A program made the position numbers and the translations under genes. Positions 1 through 10,295 of a stretch of DNA of 64,000 nucleotides are shown piece by piece. Under the pieces are notes generated by a model. That model saw nothing but the letters and a program-made list of their open reading frames with translations, had not been told where the DNA came from and made no database searches. Each line of letters starts with the position of its first letter. Position 1 is the stretch's first letter. The DNA comes from a virus (lineage: Duplodnaviria; Caudoviricetes): the IMG/VR virus record IMGVR_UViG_3300016486_001578; one strand, given 5' to 3'.

Positions 1-1149
1 TTACAATTCTTACCCGAAGTTTTCGAAAAACTAGTAGATAAAAAACACATAACTTATAATAATAAGAAATTAAAAGTCGATTACATTATCGATATAATTA
101 ATTCACTAATATTGAAGTATTATTTCAAAAAAGAAAATGCCTTTTTATTAAACGCCACTATTCTAAGAGATAGATATGGATATTTGTATAATTATTATAT
201 AAATTATCTAAAAGATACAGGCACTATAATTTTAAAAGCAAATTATAGAAAAGGTATAAATTCAAGGATATATGCCTTAAATAACAATATTTTAAAAGAT
301 AAAATTACTAAATATAAAAACTACGATAAAATACTTTTACGGAAATATAAAAGTAGAACCTTTAAAACAATAGAAAATTCTGGTGAAATAGAGGGAATTG
401 ATTCAAAGATTAAAGAAAGACTTATAGTTAGCCTATTTAATATAGATATCGATTTCGATAGGTCACTATTCTTTCTAAACACATTAAAGGATAAAGACAT
501 TGACATATATAACAGAAATTTATATTCTGTTGATAGCATACGAAATAAACATATATTTTATCATTTTGATAAATATGGGCGAATGCACACAAACTATACT
601 ATATTAAGATCCTTCATAAGAAAAAATTGTCTATTAATAGATGGTGAGAAAACATTCGAGATTGATGTATCAAACTCACAACCCTTATTTCTAAGTAAAT
701 TAATATTAGAAACTCAAACAAATTGGGTAAAGGCGGATGAGTTTTCTATATTTAGGGATTTAACAAAGAATGGTAAATATTATCAGTATTTAGTTGATGT
801 CCTTGGACTAAAGGATAAAAAAGAAGCCAAGAAGCTAACATATAAAGTTCTCTTTGGTAAGAACTATAAAAACAGCAAACCAGATAGCCTATTTAAAAAG
901 GCTTTTCCTGGTATACATAATTTCATATGTCTATATAAAAAAGAACATGGTGGGTATAAGATTCTATCACACCATTTACAAAAAATGGAATCTAATCTAA
1001 TCTATAACAAAATAATCGGAAGGATATTATCAAGATATCCAGAAATGGATATAATAACTATACATGATAGTATAATCGTTAAAGAGAAATATAAAGATGA
1101 TGTATCTTCTATATTTAATTCGGAGTTATTATCAGAATTTGATTTTTAA
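1..1149 (+). CDS. Family-A (PolA/T7-like) palm polymerase-like protein, 5' partial
   Basis: Frame 1 is open from base 1. GRMHT, motif A-like EIDVSNSQP, motif B-like KKEAKKLTYKVLFG, LQKMES and motif C-like TIHDSI occur in the expected order. No exonuclease motifs are visible. Confidence 0.6.
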   Translation, partial: LQFLPEVFEKLVDKKHITYNNKKLKVDYIIDIINSLILKYYFKKENAFLLNATILRDRYGYLYNYYINYLKDTGTIILKANYRKGINSRIYALNNNILKDKITKYKNYDKILLRKYKSRTFKTIENSGEIEGIDSKIKERLIVSLFNIDIDFDRSLFFLNTLKDKDIDIYNRNLYSVDSIRNKHIFYHFDKYGRMHTNYTILRSFIRKNCLLIDGEKTFEIDVSNSQPLFLSKLILETQTNWVKADEFSIFRDLTKNGKYYQYLVDVLGLKDKKEAKKLTYKVLFGKNYKNSKPDSLFKKAFPGIHNFICLYKKEHGGYKILSHHLQKMESNLIYNKIIGRILSRYPEMDIITIHDSIIVKEKYKDDVSSIFNSELLSEFDF

Positions 1150-1160
1150 TATATATTTAC

Positions 1161-2495
1161 ATGAACTTAATTGATAAATCATCTTCTTATATGTTAATAT
1201 CATCAGATAAGATAGATGATATAACTTCTGTACTTTGGTCTAGGAATTTTAGCATCATAGATATTAAATCACACAAAAATGGATTAAAAGAAGATTGTAT
1301 TATAGCATATCCAAATAAAATAGATAATAATTCTATAAGAGAGGATAGTATATTTCTTATGGATAGATTTTTCGAAAAGGATATAATAGTTAAATATTCT
1401 GGTGAGGATCACTTTACGAAAATATCAACAGATGGTTCTGAAGATTTATTAGAAATGATATTATATGATACTGATTATGAGAATAGAACTTCATATTTAT
1501 ATGAGGGCCTATCCTTTTCTTTTAAAGAAAAAATTAGATACTCTAAACCCAAATCAAAAGATGATTTAAAGATTGGGATGATAGTTGAATATCAGAACAA
1601 AGGAAAATGGGTTGGTTACGAAATAAAAAACCCACAAGAAGACTACGATAAGTTATTTAAGTTATTGATAAAATATGACAAAGTTAGGATCAATGAAAAT
1701 GAATACACTAAATTAGCTACTCATTTTATGGATGATATGGATAAGGAGTTTAAATTCTTTAGCCCAAATGATGATATAAGGTTAATTTATTGTAATATAA
1801 CCTTTCCTGATGGTGTTAAGATGAGATTTAGTTGTCGTGAAAATCTTCACTCTGATACCGAAACATTCACTTTATCTAAAATATCAGGCAATGAGAGAAA
1901 TGATTATAACACCTATCTTACTCAACAAAAGTATTTAAACTTATATGGAGATAAAATACAATTTGATAATTTTAATACCTATAGAAGAATAAGACTATAT
2001 ATGAATAGACAAGATTTATTCGGAACTAATTTTGATGGCTATATATATGATTCTAATAAACTAGGAAATATACCGGTTGTAATTGAATTTGATAAATCAA
2101 ACCAAACTGGTTTGATTCCTAGAGCTTTTTTAAAAAGAGGAATTTTCAAACAAGCGAATGATTCATTTATAGCTTATATTTTAGACCAGGCTTCTTTATT
2201 TTTTAAAAATGATGAATATCTAACTAAATTTAGAGATATAAAAGAATCACTGGTTCATGATTTTTTAGAAGCTTTAGAAAACGAACAACAAGATAGATTT
2301 CTAATATGTGATGTTAGATTAAATGAACCAAATAAAAACATAGATAGACAACTTAGATTAATAAGCTATTTGTATCTTTATTGTATATTTTATAAAACAA
2401 ATGATGATGTATTGGAAATTATTACAAACCCAGGATCATCATTTGATAGGGAGTCTCTAATAGTTCTTTTATATGGTTTAGATTACCTTAAATAA
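1161..2495 (+). CDS. Hypothetical protein
   Basis: 444-aa ORF preceded by a TAATATATA motif; no recognised domain. Confidence 0.6.
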   Translation: MNLIDKSSSYMLISSDKIDDITSVLWSRNFSIIDIKSHKNGLKEDCIIAYPNKIDNNSIREDSIFLMDRFFEKDIIVKYSGEDHFTKISTDGSEDLLEMILYDTDYENRTSYLYEGLSFSFKEKIRYSKPKSKDDLKIGMIVEYQNKGKWVGYEIKNPQEDYDKLFKLLIKYDKVRINENEYTKLATHFMDDMDKEFKFFSPNDDIRLIYCNITFPDGVKMRFSCRENLHSDTETFTLSKISGNERNDYNTYLTQQKYLNLYGDKIQFDNFNTYRRIRLYMNRQDLFGTNFDGYIYDSNKLGNIPVVIEFDKSNQTGLIPRAFLKRGIFKQANDSFIAYILDQASLFFKNDEYLTKFRDIKESLVHDFLEALENEQQDRFLICDVRLNEPNKNIDRQLRLISYLYLYCIFYKTNDDVLEIITNPGSSFDRESLIVLLYGLDYLK

Positions 2496-2499
2496 AATT

Positions 2500-2976
2500 T
2501 TAATTGGTTTTATACAATCCAATTTCTAGAGAATCTGGTTTATATTCTCCATTATAATATACTAACTCAATATCATCTATACTATTTAAATCTATTTCCT
2601 GAGACCTAGTTTTATATGATCGATGAGATACGCTCTTCATCACTAATTTATGATTATCACTTCCTTCAATAAAATCAAATATTCTTTTTATATATCCTAT
2701 TAATATAGGATTCAATTTAAAGCTTTTACTATACTCATTATTAGGTAATATTTCGGAAGTTTTAATTTCATCATCTATTGATATATAGATTATCATAATT
2801 AAACCATCTTGATCCCATCGACTTCCTGATGAATCCTGATATACATATAAATATTCTGTATTGGTCTCTAATACCATAGGAGATATGTTAATATCATTAA
2901 CATCTAATAGTATATCTTTTATCTCTTCTATAACAGAATTATTCTTATTTTCATTGAATAGTTTTAAGTATCTCAT
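2500..2976 (-). CDS. Hypothetical protein with MRYLKLFNE-type N-terminus
   Basis: ORF with the N-terminal motif shared by many ORFs in the window. Confidence 0.6.
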   Translation of the reverse strand: MRYLKLFNENKNNSVIEEIKDILLDVNDINISPMVLETNTEYLYVYQDSSGSRWDQDGLIMIIYISIDDEIKTSEILPNNEYSKSFKLNPILIGYIKRIFDFIEGSDNHKLVMKSVSHRSYKTRSQEIDLNSIDDIELVYYNGEYKPDSLEIGLYKTN

Positions 2977-2992
2977 GTTATTAAATTAATTA

Positions 2993-3610
2993 TTAGATTA
3001 ATTTTAAATAAAATTGATTATAATTTTTTTCACAATCCTTTGATTTGTTTAGATAAAATCTTTTATTTTTAGAATCTACTATTAAGTTTATTCCTGGTTG
3101 ACTAAATTCATCAACTAAGCATATTATTACCTTATTAATATCAATTAATCTATCATATATAATATTTATATTAATTGATAGTTTATCGAGCTCTCTTTTA
3201 AGATAGATATTATCTACCGGGTTAGTAGACGGGCCAAATATTATTGTGGTTGTTTCATATATTGATGCAATTCTCATATATAATATATTTTTTATTAACT
3301 TATCGATATACTCTCTATCATTACTAACTTTAATTACTTTTTTACACTCGAAATTAGTTATTATTTCCATCACACTTTCATAAATAGTATTTTCGTTTAT
3401 GAACCTATTACCACTAACTGTGTGTGAGGTAATTTCTCTCTTAACTTCCGATATAATTGGTTCTGGTTCATCTAATATTTTACAAATATTAGTATGTCTA
3501 TCGATTTGCTTATTTGATTTGTTCTCTATAACATATATCTGTATTATGGGCATATCAACTTCGCGCTCTTCGTAATTACATATAGATTTTACTTTATCTA
3601 TGATCTGCAT
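2993..3610 (-). CDS. Hypothetical protein
   Basis: 205-aa ORF overlapping the upstream glycosyltransferase stop. Confidence 0.55.
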   Translation of the reverse strand: MQIIDKVKSICNYEEREVDMPIIQIYVIENKSNKQIDRHTNICKILDEPEPIISEVKREITSHTVSGNRFINENTIYESVMEIITNFECKKVIKVSNDREYIDKLIKNILYMRIASIYETTTIIFGPSTNPVDNIYLKRELDKLSININIIYDRLIDINKVIICLVDEFSQPGINLIVDSKNKRFYLNKSKDCEKNYNQFYLKLI

Positions 3611-4358
3611 ATTTATTTAGCCTACCTATTTTATTTATCGATCTTTTTATCGATTTCATTAAATCATCCTTACTCATCTTAGATGTTTTATTTAATATAT
3701 CCAAGCTTCTTTGATAGAACCTTTCGTCTGGGGCTGATTTCCTGTGCCATAAATGAAAACATTTTGATTTTAATTCTGCCCATTTTAAAAAATTCTTAAC
3801 TTTCATAGTTTGGAAATCATCTTCTCCGCCCCATCCTATAAAATCTTCAGACCAACCACCTATTTTTAATATTGCGTCTCTTCTAAATATAGATATACCA
3901 CCAGATATGTTAATTTTTTGATTATCATTTTCTCCTCTTCCGGGTCTATTTATATTAATCATAGATTGTAGTGCAAAATCAGACTCTTGTGGTGTTAAAT
4001 CCACAACTGAGTTGTAGGGGCTAACCATTTCATACTCATTCATAGACCTTAAAGCATCTATAAAGTGGTTTGGATCCATTATTAGATCAGAATCACCAAA
4101 TACTATAATATCAGATTTAGCATACTTTAATCCAACATTAAAGGCCCAAGACCTATTATATGGTAGGTCACTTTTTATGAAAATATGCTGACAATTTAGA
4201 TTTATATTTGATATTTTAGAATGTGAATCTTGTTCGACTAAAATAATTTGTGAATTAGAGAAAGCATTTACCCAATCTATTGTTTTTTTAAGATTTTTTA
4301 TTCTATCTAACTTGTGTCTGTACCCAATAATAAATGTGAATGAGTGTTTATGGTTCAT
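3594..4358 (-). CDS. Glycosyltransferase (GT-A fold, GT2/GT7 galactosyltransferase-like)
   Basis: YNRSWAFNVG, DSD (DxD) and GGWSEDFIGWGGEDD motifs. Confidence 0.85.
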   Translation of the reverse strand: MNHKHSFTFIIGYRHKLDRIKNLKKTIDWVNAFSNSQIILVEQDSHSKISNINLNCQHIFIKSDLPYNRSWAFNVGLKYAKSDIIVFGDSDLIMDPNHFIDALRSMNEYEMVSPYNSVVDLTPQESDFALQSMININRPGRGENDNQKINISGGISIFRRDAILKIGGWSEDFIGWGGEDDFQTMKVKNFLKWAELKSKCFHLWHRKSAPDERFYQRSLDILNKTSKMSKDDLMKSIKRSINKIGRLNKYADHR

Positions 4359-4447
4359 GTTTTTAATTAATTTTTATAATTATTATATGATTTTTAATAT
4401 TTATGTTTAACTTTACAAACATTGATATTTATTTAAATATAATATAG

Positions 4448-4831
4448 ATGAGTAATAAACTAAAAATAGTTGGTAGATTAAAAAAAATAACAATTTCTAA
4501 TTTAAAATTAGAAATCAATGCTAAAATAGACACTGGCGCTTGGAGTAACTCATTACATGTTGATTATGTTTATATTAAAGATGGTATACTTTATATAAAA
4601 ATAGAAAATGATGAATTTGAATTTAAAAAATTCAAAGAAGTTATAATAAGAAGTTCCTTCGGAGAAGATCAAAAAAGATTTATAATAAAGATGAAAGTTA
4701 TTATAGATGATTTAAAATACAAAACATCATTTTCTTTAACAAATAGAGATAAAATGAAATATCCTTGTCTATTGGGAAGAAAATTCTTATCTAGATATAA
4801 CTTTTTAGTTGATGTTAATCAAAAAAATTAA
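4448..4831 (+). CDS. Retropepsin-like aspartic protease (RimK-associated type)
   Basis: AKIDTGA catalytic motif and LTNRDKMKYPCLLGRKFL. Confidence 0.85.
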   Translation: MSNKLKIVGRLKKITISNLKLEINAKIDTGAWSNSLHVDYVYIKDGILYIKIENDEFEFKKFKEVIIRSSFGEDQKRFIIKMKVIIDDLKYKTSFSLTNRDKMKYPCLLGRKFLSRYNFLVDVNQKN

Positions 4832-4875
4832 TAAAATATTCTTTATTTAGAATTATTCTTATTATCTTTACATTC

Positions 4876-5967
4876 ATGAGAATAGCTAGAAAATTTAAAC
4901 AACTTACAAGATACACTTACCCTTACGGAACAGAACAAGGTTTATTGCCTTATTTACCAGAGGGTTATAAAGAAGACGGATTAGGAAATTATTACTTAGA
5001 GATTGGTGATAAACCATCTACTATGTTTGCTTGTCACTTAGACACTGCTTGTTCAAAGAAAGAAAGAGTAATTCATGTTCAGAAAAGTGCAAATATAATT
5101 GGAACAGATGGTACCACTATATTGGGCGCTGATGATAAAGCTGGTATGGTAGTAATCCTTTATATGATAGAAAACAAAGTCCCTGGTCTTTATTACTTTT
5201 TTGAAGGTGAGGAAGTCGGGTGTATTGGCTCGGGTAAAGTAGCCGATGCTTGGGATAGTATGTTTTTCTCTGATTATATAAAGAAAGTAGTTTCTTTTGA
5301 TAGAAGAGGTACAGATTCTATCATAACCGACCAATTCTATGGTCGTTGTTGCTCAGATGAATTCGGTAATGATTTGGCTGAAAAATTAAATTCAACTGGA
5401 TTAGGCTTTAATTTCGATTTAGACCCAACCGGTATATTTACTGATTCTGCTAAATTCATGGAATTAGTCCCAGAATGTACAAACATTTCTGTTGGTTATT
5501 ATGATGAGCATACAAAATATGAAACACAAGACATTGAATTTTTACAAAGATTGTGTAAAGGTGTTTGTATGATAGATTGGGAATCACTACCAATCAAAAG
5601 AGATCATACAGAAGATCCATATCAAGGATATTTCTCTTCTTATGGGTCCCGTAATGTTTCAGTTGAGGATTTTGTTGGTGAAGATTTATCTTGGTCAGAG
5701 TATAATTACTCTTATTTTGATAGAAAGGGAGCTTCTGTTAAATTATACATTTCCTCTAAATATATCGAATATGAAATAAATATTATAGATGCTTGGATTA
5801 GTGGGTCTGATATGTATCCTGGTGAGAAAAATATAATTTGGAATGGAAATTCACTATACATACAAGGTGATTATGTTGGTGATAGAATAGACTTGTGTGA
5901 TTTTATTTCTGAATTAAGTACCGTTCCTGAAAAGCACCTTAGTTCTTTTCATAGTGTTTATAGTTAA
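4876..5967 (+). CDS. Zn-dependent M28/M20-family peptidase
   Basis: HLDT, GADDKAG, EEVG, DRRG and YYDEH metal-ligand motifs. Confidence 0.85.
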   Translation: MRIARKFKQLTRYTYPYGTEQGLLPYLPEGYKEDGLGNYYLEIGDKPSTMFACHLDTACSKKERVIHVQKSANIIGTDGTTILGADDKAGMVVILYMIENKVPGLYYFFEGEEVGCIGSGKVADAWDSMFFSDYIKKVVSFDRRGTDSIITDQFYGRCCSDEFGNDLAEKLNSTGLGFNFDLDPTGIFTDSAKFMELVPECTNISVGYYDEHTKYETQDIEFLQRLCKGVCMIDWESLPIKRDHTEDPYQGYFSSYGSRNVSVEDFVGEDLSWSEYNYSYFDRKGASVKLYISSKYIEYEINIIDAWISGSDMYPGEKNIIWNGNSLYIQGDYVGDRIDLCDFISELSTVPEKHLSSFHSVYS

Positions 5968-6120
5968 AACTTAGGATGCTTATAATCTTCTTTTTTGGAA
6001 ATTATAAGCATCTGATTAGTTGATATATTCTTATCATCCCAATTCATCTTCTTACAGAATTTTTTTATAAATTTTTCCCTTAATATTTTAATATTATTAT
6101 CCATAGATTATATATCTTTT

Positions 6121-6152
6121 TTTGATAATCTCGTATTTATTTTGTATCTTCG
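6121..6152 (+). promoter_or_regulatory. Bacteroidetes-type sigma70 promoter (-33 TTTG / -7 TAnnTTTG-like)
   Basis: TTTG at 6121-6124, 20-nt spacer, TATCTTCG at 6145-6152, just upstream of the ATG at 6157. Confidence 0.5.
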
Positions 6153-6156
6153 TTAA

Positions 6157-6633
6157 ATGTTTAAGATAAAAGGTAAAATACAATTCGATCCAATAGATGT
6201 AACTAAGAAGCACAAAAGTCAATCTTCTTGGAAAAAAACAGTTATTGTTAAATTTGGATGTGATTTATCTAATTATTATGCTTGGTTCTTAAAAAGGCGA
6301 TTTGGTGTTGAGTTGAATCCGCCATTAAGAGGGGCTCACTTCACAATTATAAATGATAGAATTGATGATTTAGTTTATAACGAAGCAAAAAAAATATTTA
6401 ATAACACTGATATAGAAATAATTTATGACCCAACAATAGTAAAAACTGATGCTAAAGGTCACTGGTGGATCAAAGCACACTCTCAAGATGCTCAAAACAT
6501 GAGAAATGTATTAGGACTAGATAAGCCTTATCATGGATTTCATATTACACTAGGATTAGCCACGCACTTATGGTTAGATCACTCTTTATACATTAGAGAA
6601 CAATGTAGAAGATTTAAGTTATTGGAAATATAA
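6157..6633 (+). CDS. 2H phosphoesterase-family protein
   Basis: Two HxT motifs (AHFTI, FHITL) about 68 aa apart in a 158-aa protein. Confidence 0.65.
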   Translation: MFKIKGKIQFDPIDVTKKHKSQSSWKKTVIVKFGCDLSNYYAWFLKRRFGVELNPPLRGAHFTIINDRIDDLVYNEAKKIFNNTDIEIIYDPTIVKTDAKGHWWIKAHSQDAQNMRNVLGLDKPYHGFHITLGLATHLWLDHSLYIREQCRRFKLLEI

Positions 6634-6966
6634 TATTATATATATCATGGTGTTGCAGATCTGCTAAAAAACACTAGTGTTTACTATAATGATTTCACTA
6701 CAATAATATATATGTTGTAACAAAAATAAAGCAACATTATGAAGAAGTCATTACTTACGACAATTTTTTTATCCTTTTTTATGATATTATTCTCACAAGA
6801 GAGTGGTAAAAATGATAGAATACAAAATTTATTACTTTCTCAGGAACATATTCATATATCTAATCAGTATGAATTGTTGAGAACGCCATATATGATAGGT
6901 AGATTCTTGTTTTAACTTTCTAACAATTGATATAAAATGACATTTAAAGTTTAATATATACTTTTA

Positions 6967-7166
6967 ATGAAAACAATATTTAAGTCATGTAACACAACAC
7001 ACGATAGAGATTTTAATGCGGCTAAAAATATATTAAAACAAGGTTTAAAAATATTATCTGGTTCATGGATTGAATCGGATGTAAAACAAAAACAGGTGGA
7101 GGCGTTATCGTTAGATGAGTCTATGAAACCTGAAACACATTAGTCTTTAGCTAATGTGTAGTTCAT
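6967..7166 (+). mobile_element. tnpB: Internally deleted IS200/IS605 tnpB remnant with right-end hairpin
   Basis: The 58-aa ORF 6967-7143 (MKTIFKS-CNTTHDRDFNAAKNIL...) has the TnpB C-terminal HDRDxNAAxNI motif. Hairpin ACACATTAG/CTAATGTGT is followed by GTTCA. Confidence 0.75.
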
Positions 7167-7217
7167 AGAACACAACAAAGAGATTAAACTTTGTTGTAAT
7201 TTTTCATAAAACAGTTT

Positions 7218-7946
7218 ATGAATACATTAGATAAACAATACATAAATTTACTGAAAGATATACTTGATAATGGTGTTAGTAAAGGTGATAGAACCGGAAC
7301 TGGCACCATTTCAGTTTTTGGTAGACAGATAAGACATAAAATGTCCGAGGGATTCCCTCTATTAACAACTAAAAAAATGCCATTTAAAACAATAACAACA
7401 GAACTTCTGTGGTTTTTGAGAGGTGATACTAATATTAAATACTTAGTTGATAATAATTGTAATATTTGGAATGGTGATGCTTATAAGAATTATTTTAATA
7501 AAACTAAAGATTTGACCTTAGAGACATTACATGTTCCTTTTCAACAAACACATTTATTTGGCACAATAGGTGGATCTGTTAGTAAGGGTAAATTTAGACC
7601 ATATACTATAGAAGAATTTGTAAATAAAATTAAAACAGATGATGAATTTGCTAATAAATGGGGTGATTTAGGTCCTGTTTATGGTAAACAATGGAGAAAC
7701 TGGGAAGGAGTTGACCAAATAGAGAATTTGATAAATGATCTAAAATCAAATCCTGATTCTAGGAGATTAATGGTTAATGCTTGGAACGTAGCCAATATAG
7801 ACCAAATGGTTTTACCGCCTTGTCATTATGGGTTTCAAGTTTATACTAGAGAATTAAGCTTTGATGAAAGATTTGAATTGGCTGTTGATAAAGGAAATAA
7901 CCCACTAGATATGGATAAAACAATAACAAAATCTAATGATATATAA
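7218..7946 (+). pseudogene. thyA: Thymidylate synthase, 3'-truncated copy
   Basis: [21 protein letters not shown] and PPCH are present, but the ORF ends before QRSxD and NIASY. Confidence 0.85.
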
Positions 7947-8410
7947 CCTTTTTACTTTCATCAGTAAGTAGACATCGGTTAAAGCCTTATACTCATCGAC
8001 TACTTTACTAATAGTACTCTCAAATTTAAATATACTTTCAAATTTAAATATATCATTTTCAATTGTTTTATCCATATTACCACCAATTGAAAACGATGTC
8101 TTTTTAACCTTACTACTGAACCATCCAGTTGAGAATATAAATAGATAAAAGTTTAGCTTTTTACTAAAAATATAATCCATATCTTTACCATAATAATCAA
8201 ATTCTAACTCAGAGTTAAGATGTTTTTTATATTGTATTATTAACCACTTAACATACTTACCTGGTTTAGAAAAATCTTTCTTTCTAACACTTGTAGGGTC
8301 GATATTAACCAATTTATAAAATACACCCTTATCTAAATCAGAATAATATTTTAATCTTATAGCTTCACTACCTATTGTTTTTCTTCATTAAACTTTCTTA
8401 AATATCTCAT
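7905..8410 (-). CDS. Hypothetical protein (frameshift in A-run near 8380; 3' end may be truncated)
   Basis: An [10 protein letters not shown] start at 8410 joins ORF 7905-8312 if one A is restored. Confidence 0.5.
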
Positions 8411-8485
8411 AATCTATATATAAAGACATTTTTCTATAAAAGGAATTAAGTATATACTTATATATACCATAAAAATAAACAAATT

Positions 8486-8650
8486 ATGTCAGGAATTAAA
8501 GATAAGACATTCGTATTAAGGGTATCACAAAGACTATTGGAGGAATTTAGAGAATTTTGTGATGAAAACTCTATTAATATGAGTAAGAGGTTAAGAAAAT
8601 ATATGGAAAATGATATAGAGGCTTGGAAGAAAAGAAAAAGTGAAAATTAA
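8486..8650 (+). CDS. Ribbon-helix-helix (CopG/Arc-like) DNA-binding protein, 54 aa
   Basis: MSGIKDKTFVLRVSQRLLEEFREFCDENSINMSKRLRKYMEND...; below the ORF-track cutoff. Confidence 0.65.
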   Translation: MSGIKDKTFVLRVSQRLLEEFREFCDENSINMSKRLRKYMENDIEAWKKRKSEN

Positions 8651-8685
8651 TTTAATATATACACTATATAAAAAATACACATATA

Positions 8686-9777
8686 ATGAAGCACGTAAGG
8701 TCATATAGTAATTATAAGAAACATAAAAATACACAAGAAAAATTCAATGAGAATATCTTAATTCTTAAAGATATTGAACTAAGCTCAAGTGATGAGAATT
8801 TTTTCATGGATATTTTTGAGAAAGTCTTAAATAATTATAAGATAGATGAGAGCATAAAGTTAGAAATAAGAGAATATATATCAAATGAGAGCCTTAATGA
8901 AAACTTCTTTGATAAGCTAAAAGAAAGGTTTCCAAAAGCAGCAGAAGTATCAAAACTACTATCAGATAAAGCAGAGTCTACACTTGGTAACATTCTAAAT
9001 AAGGTTAAAGACTTAGTATCTTTTGTTAATAAAATAGCAATAGGTATCAAAGAATTATTTATAATGTTTATAGAAAGTGGTAAGAAATTCTTTATGGAGC
9101 AACTTAAAATGGGCAAACTTAAAGAAAAGCTAGAAGAACTTAAACAAAGTAAAAAAGAAGGACTTGTAAAAGAACTTAAACTTATAAAAGAGATATTAAC
9201 CTTTTATAGAAAAGGCTTCGTTGAAAAAGTAACCAATACTATACAGACCAACCTTTCATCGTTCTTTGGTAGTGAACAAGAAGCAGTTGTTGAATCACTA
9301 CTACTTGAAAAAGGAAATGTACTTTCCACATTAGTTCATAAGATAGAAGCAGTTCCACCATTCTCAATATTGCATAAAATTGCATCAGGAGCTGAAAAGG
9401 GTGCTAATGTATTAATACAAGGGGCAAGTGAATTTACTAAAAAAATGGGAGGACCAGAGTTTCAGCTACCAGTGGTTGCATTGTTAGTAGGATTATCAAT
9501 TGAGTATATGGTTAAGAGTTCATCAGGACATTGGTTGCTTGATTTAGTTGGACCAACACCTCTTGGTATGGCAATAAAGGGTGTTAAAATTACGGCAACA
9601 CTTATTGCTCTACTAAGTGCTATTGACGGTATTTTCGGAACAGAACTTATTGGTAGTGCTCATCATGGTGAAGAAGTTAAAATGAAAGATAAAGTGGATG
9701 TTAATCCTGATCAAGAAGAAGTTGATGATAAAGAAAAACCGGTTGTAAATGTTCAAGCAGAAGGTAAAGAAGAATAA
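8686..9777 (+). CDS. Hypothetical protein with hydrophobic C-terminal helices (possible virion/ejected protein)
   Basis: 363-aa ORF with upstream TAATATATA. Confidence 0.6.
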   Translation: MKHVRSYSNYKKHKNTQEKFNENILILKDIELSSSDENFFMDIFEKVLNNYKIDESIKLEIREYISNESLNENFFDKLKERFPKAAEVSKLLSDKAESTLGNILNKVKDLVSFVNKIAIGIKELFIMFIESGKKFFMEQLKMGKLKEKLEELKQSKKEGLVKELKLIKEILTFYRKGFVEKVTNTIQTNLSSFFGSEQEAVVESLLLEKGNVLSTLVHKIEAVPPFSILHKIASGAEKGANVLIQGASEFTKKMGGPEFQLPVVALLVGLSIEYMVKSSSGHWLLDLVGPTPLGMAIKGVKITATLIALLSAIDGIFGTELIGSAHHGEEVKMKDKVDVNPDQEEVDDKEKPVVNVQAEGKEE

Positions 9778-9780
9778 TAA

Positions 9781-9806
9781 AAAAAGACACTTTAAGTGTC
9801 TTTTTT
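9781..9806. terminator. Bidirectional intrinsic terminator
   Basis: AAAAAGACACT-TTA-AGTGTCTTTTT between convergent genes. Confidence 0.7.
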
Positions 9807-10286
9807 ACTTTCTTTAATTCTTATTATTATTTTAAAGCTACTAATGTTAGACTTATTATCAATTTGATCAATATCAACTCTCTCATTATCTATTTTAAAT
9901 ATCAAGGAAACATCATCATAAAAGTCAGGTATTATAGTCTTAAATAATCTCACATACTCACTAATATCAGAGAATCTAAAATTTACTCTTTTTGTTATAC
10001 CAACCCTATATAAAAACTTAAAATCACCATAAGTAATTACACCGTTATTATTTATATACTCATCACTCTCTCTAAAATATAATGAAATAGTATATAAACC
10101 ATCTTCTGATTCATATATATTTTCAATATCTATTAATTTAGATATTTGATTATTATCAGCATAATTAGGTATCTCTGGTTTAGTATTCACTATAAGATTT
10201 ACTAAATCAACCACCTCAGTTTTATTCAAAATATTCACAACTTTACCATTAAACATTTCCATATAATTATATATATAAAAATACAA
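9792..10286 (-). CDS. Hypothetical protein (true start probably near 10262)
   Basis: ORF track. Confidence 0.55.
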   Translation of the reverse strand: MYFYIYNYMEMFNGKVVNILNKTEVVDLVNLIVNTKPEIPNYADNNQISKLIDIENIYESEDGLYTISLYFRESDEYINNNGVITYGDFKFLYRVGITKRVNFRFSDISEYVRLFKTIIPDFYDDVSLIFKIDNERVDIDQIDNKSNISSFKIIIRIKESKKDT

Positions 10287-10295
10287 TTATATGTT

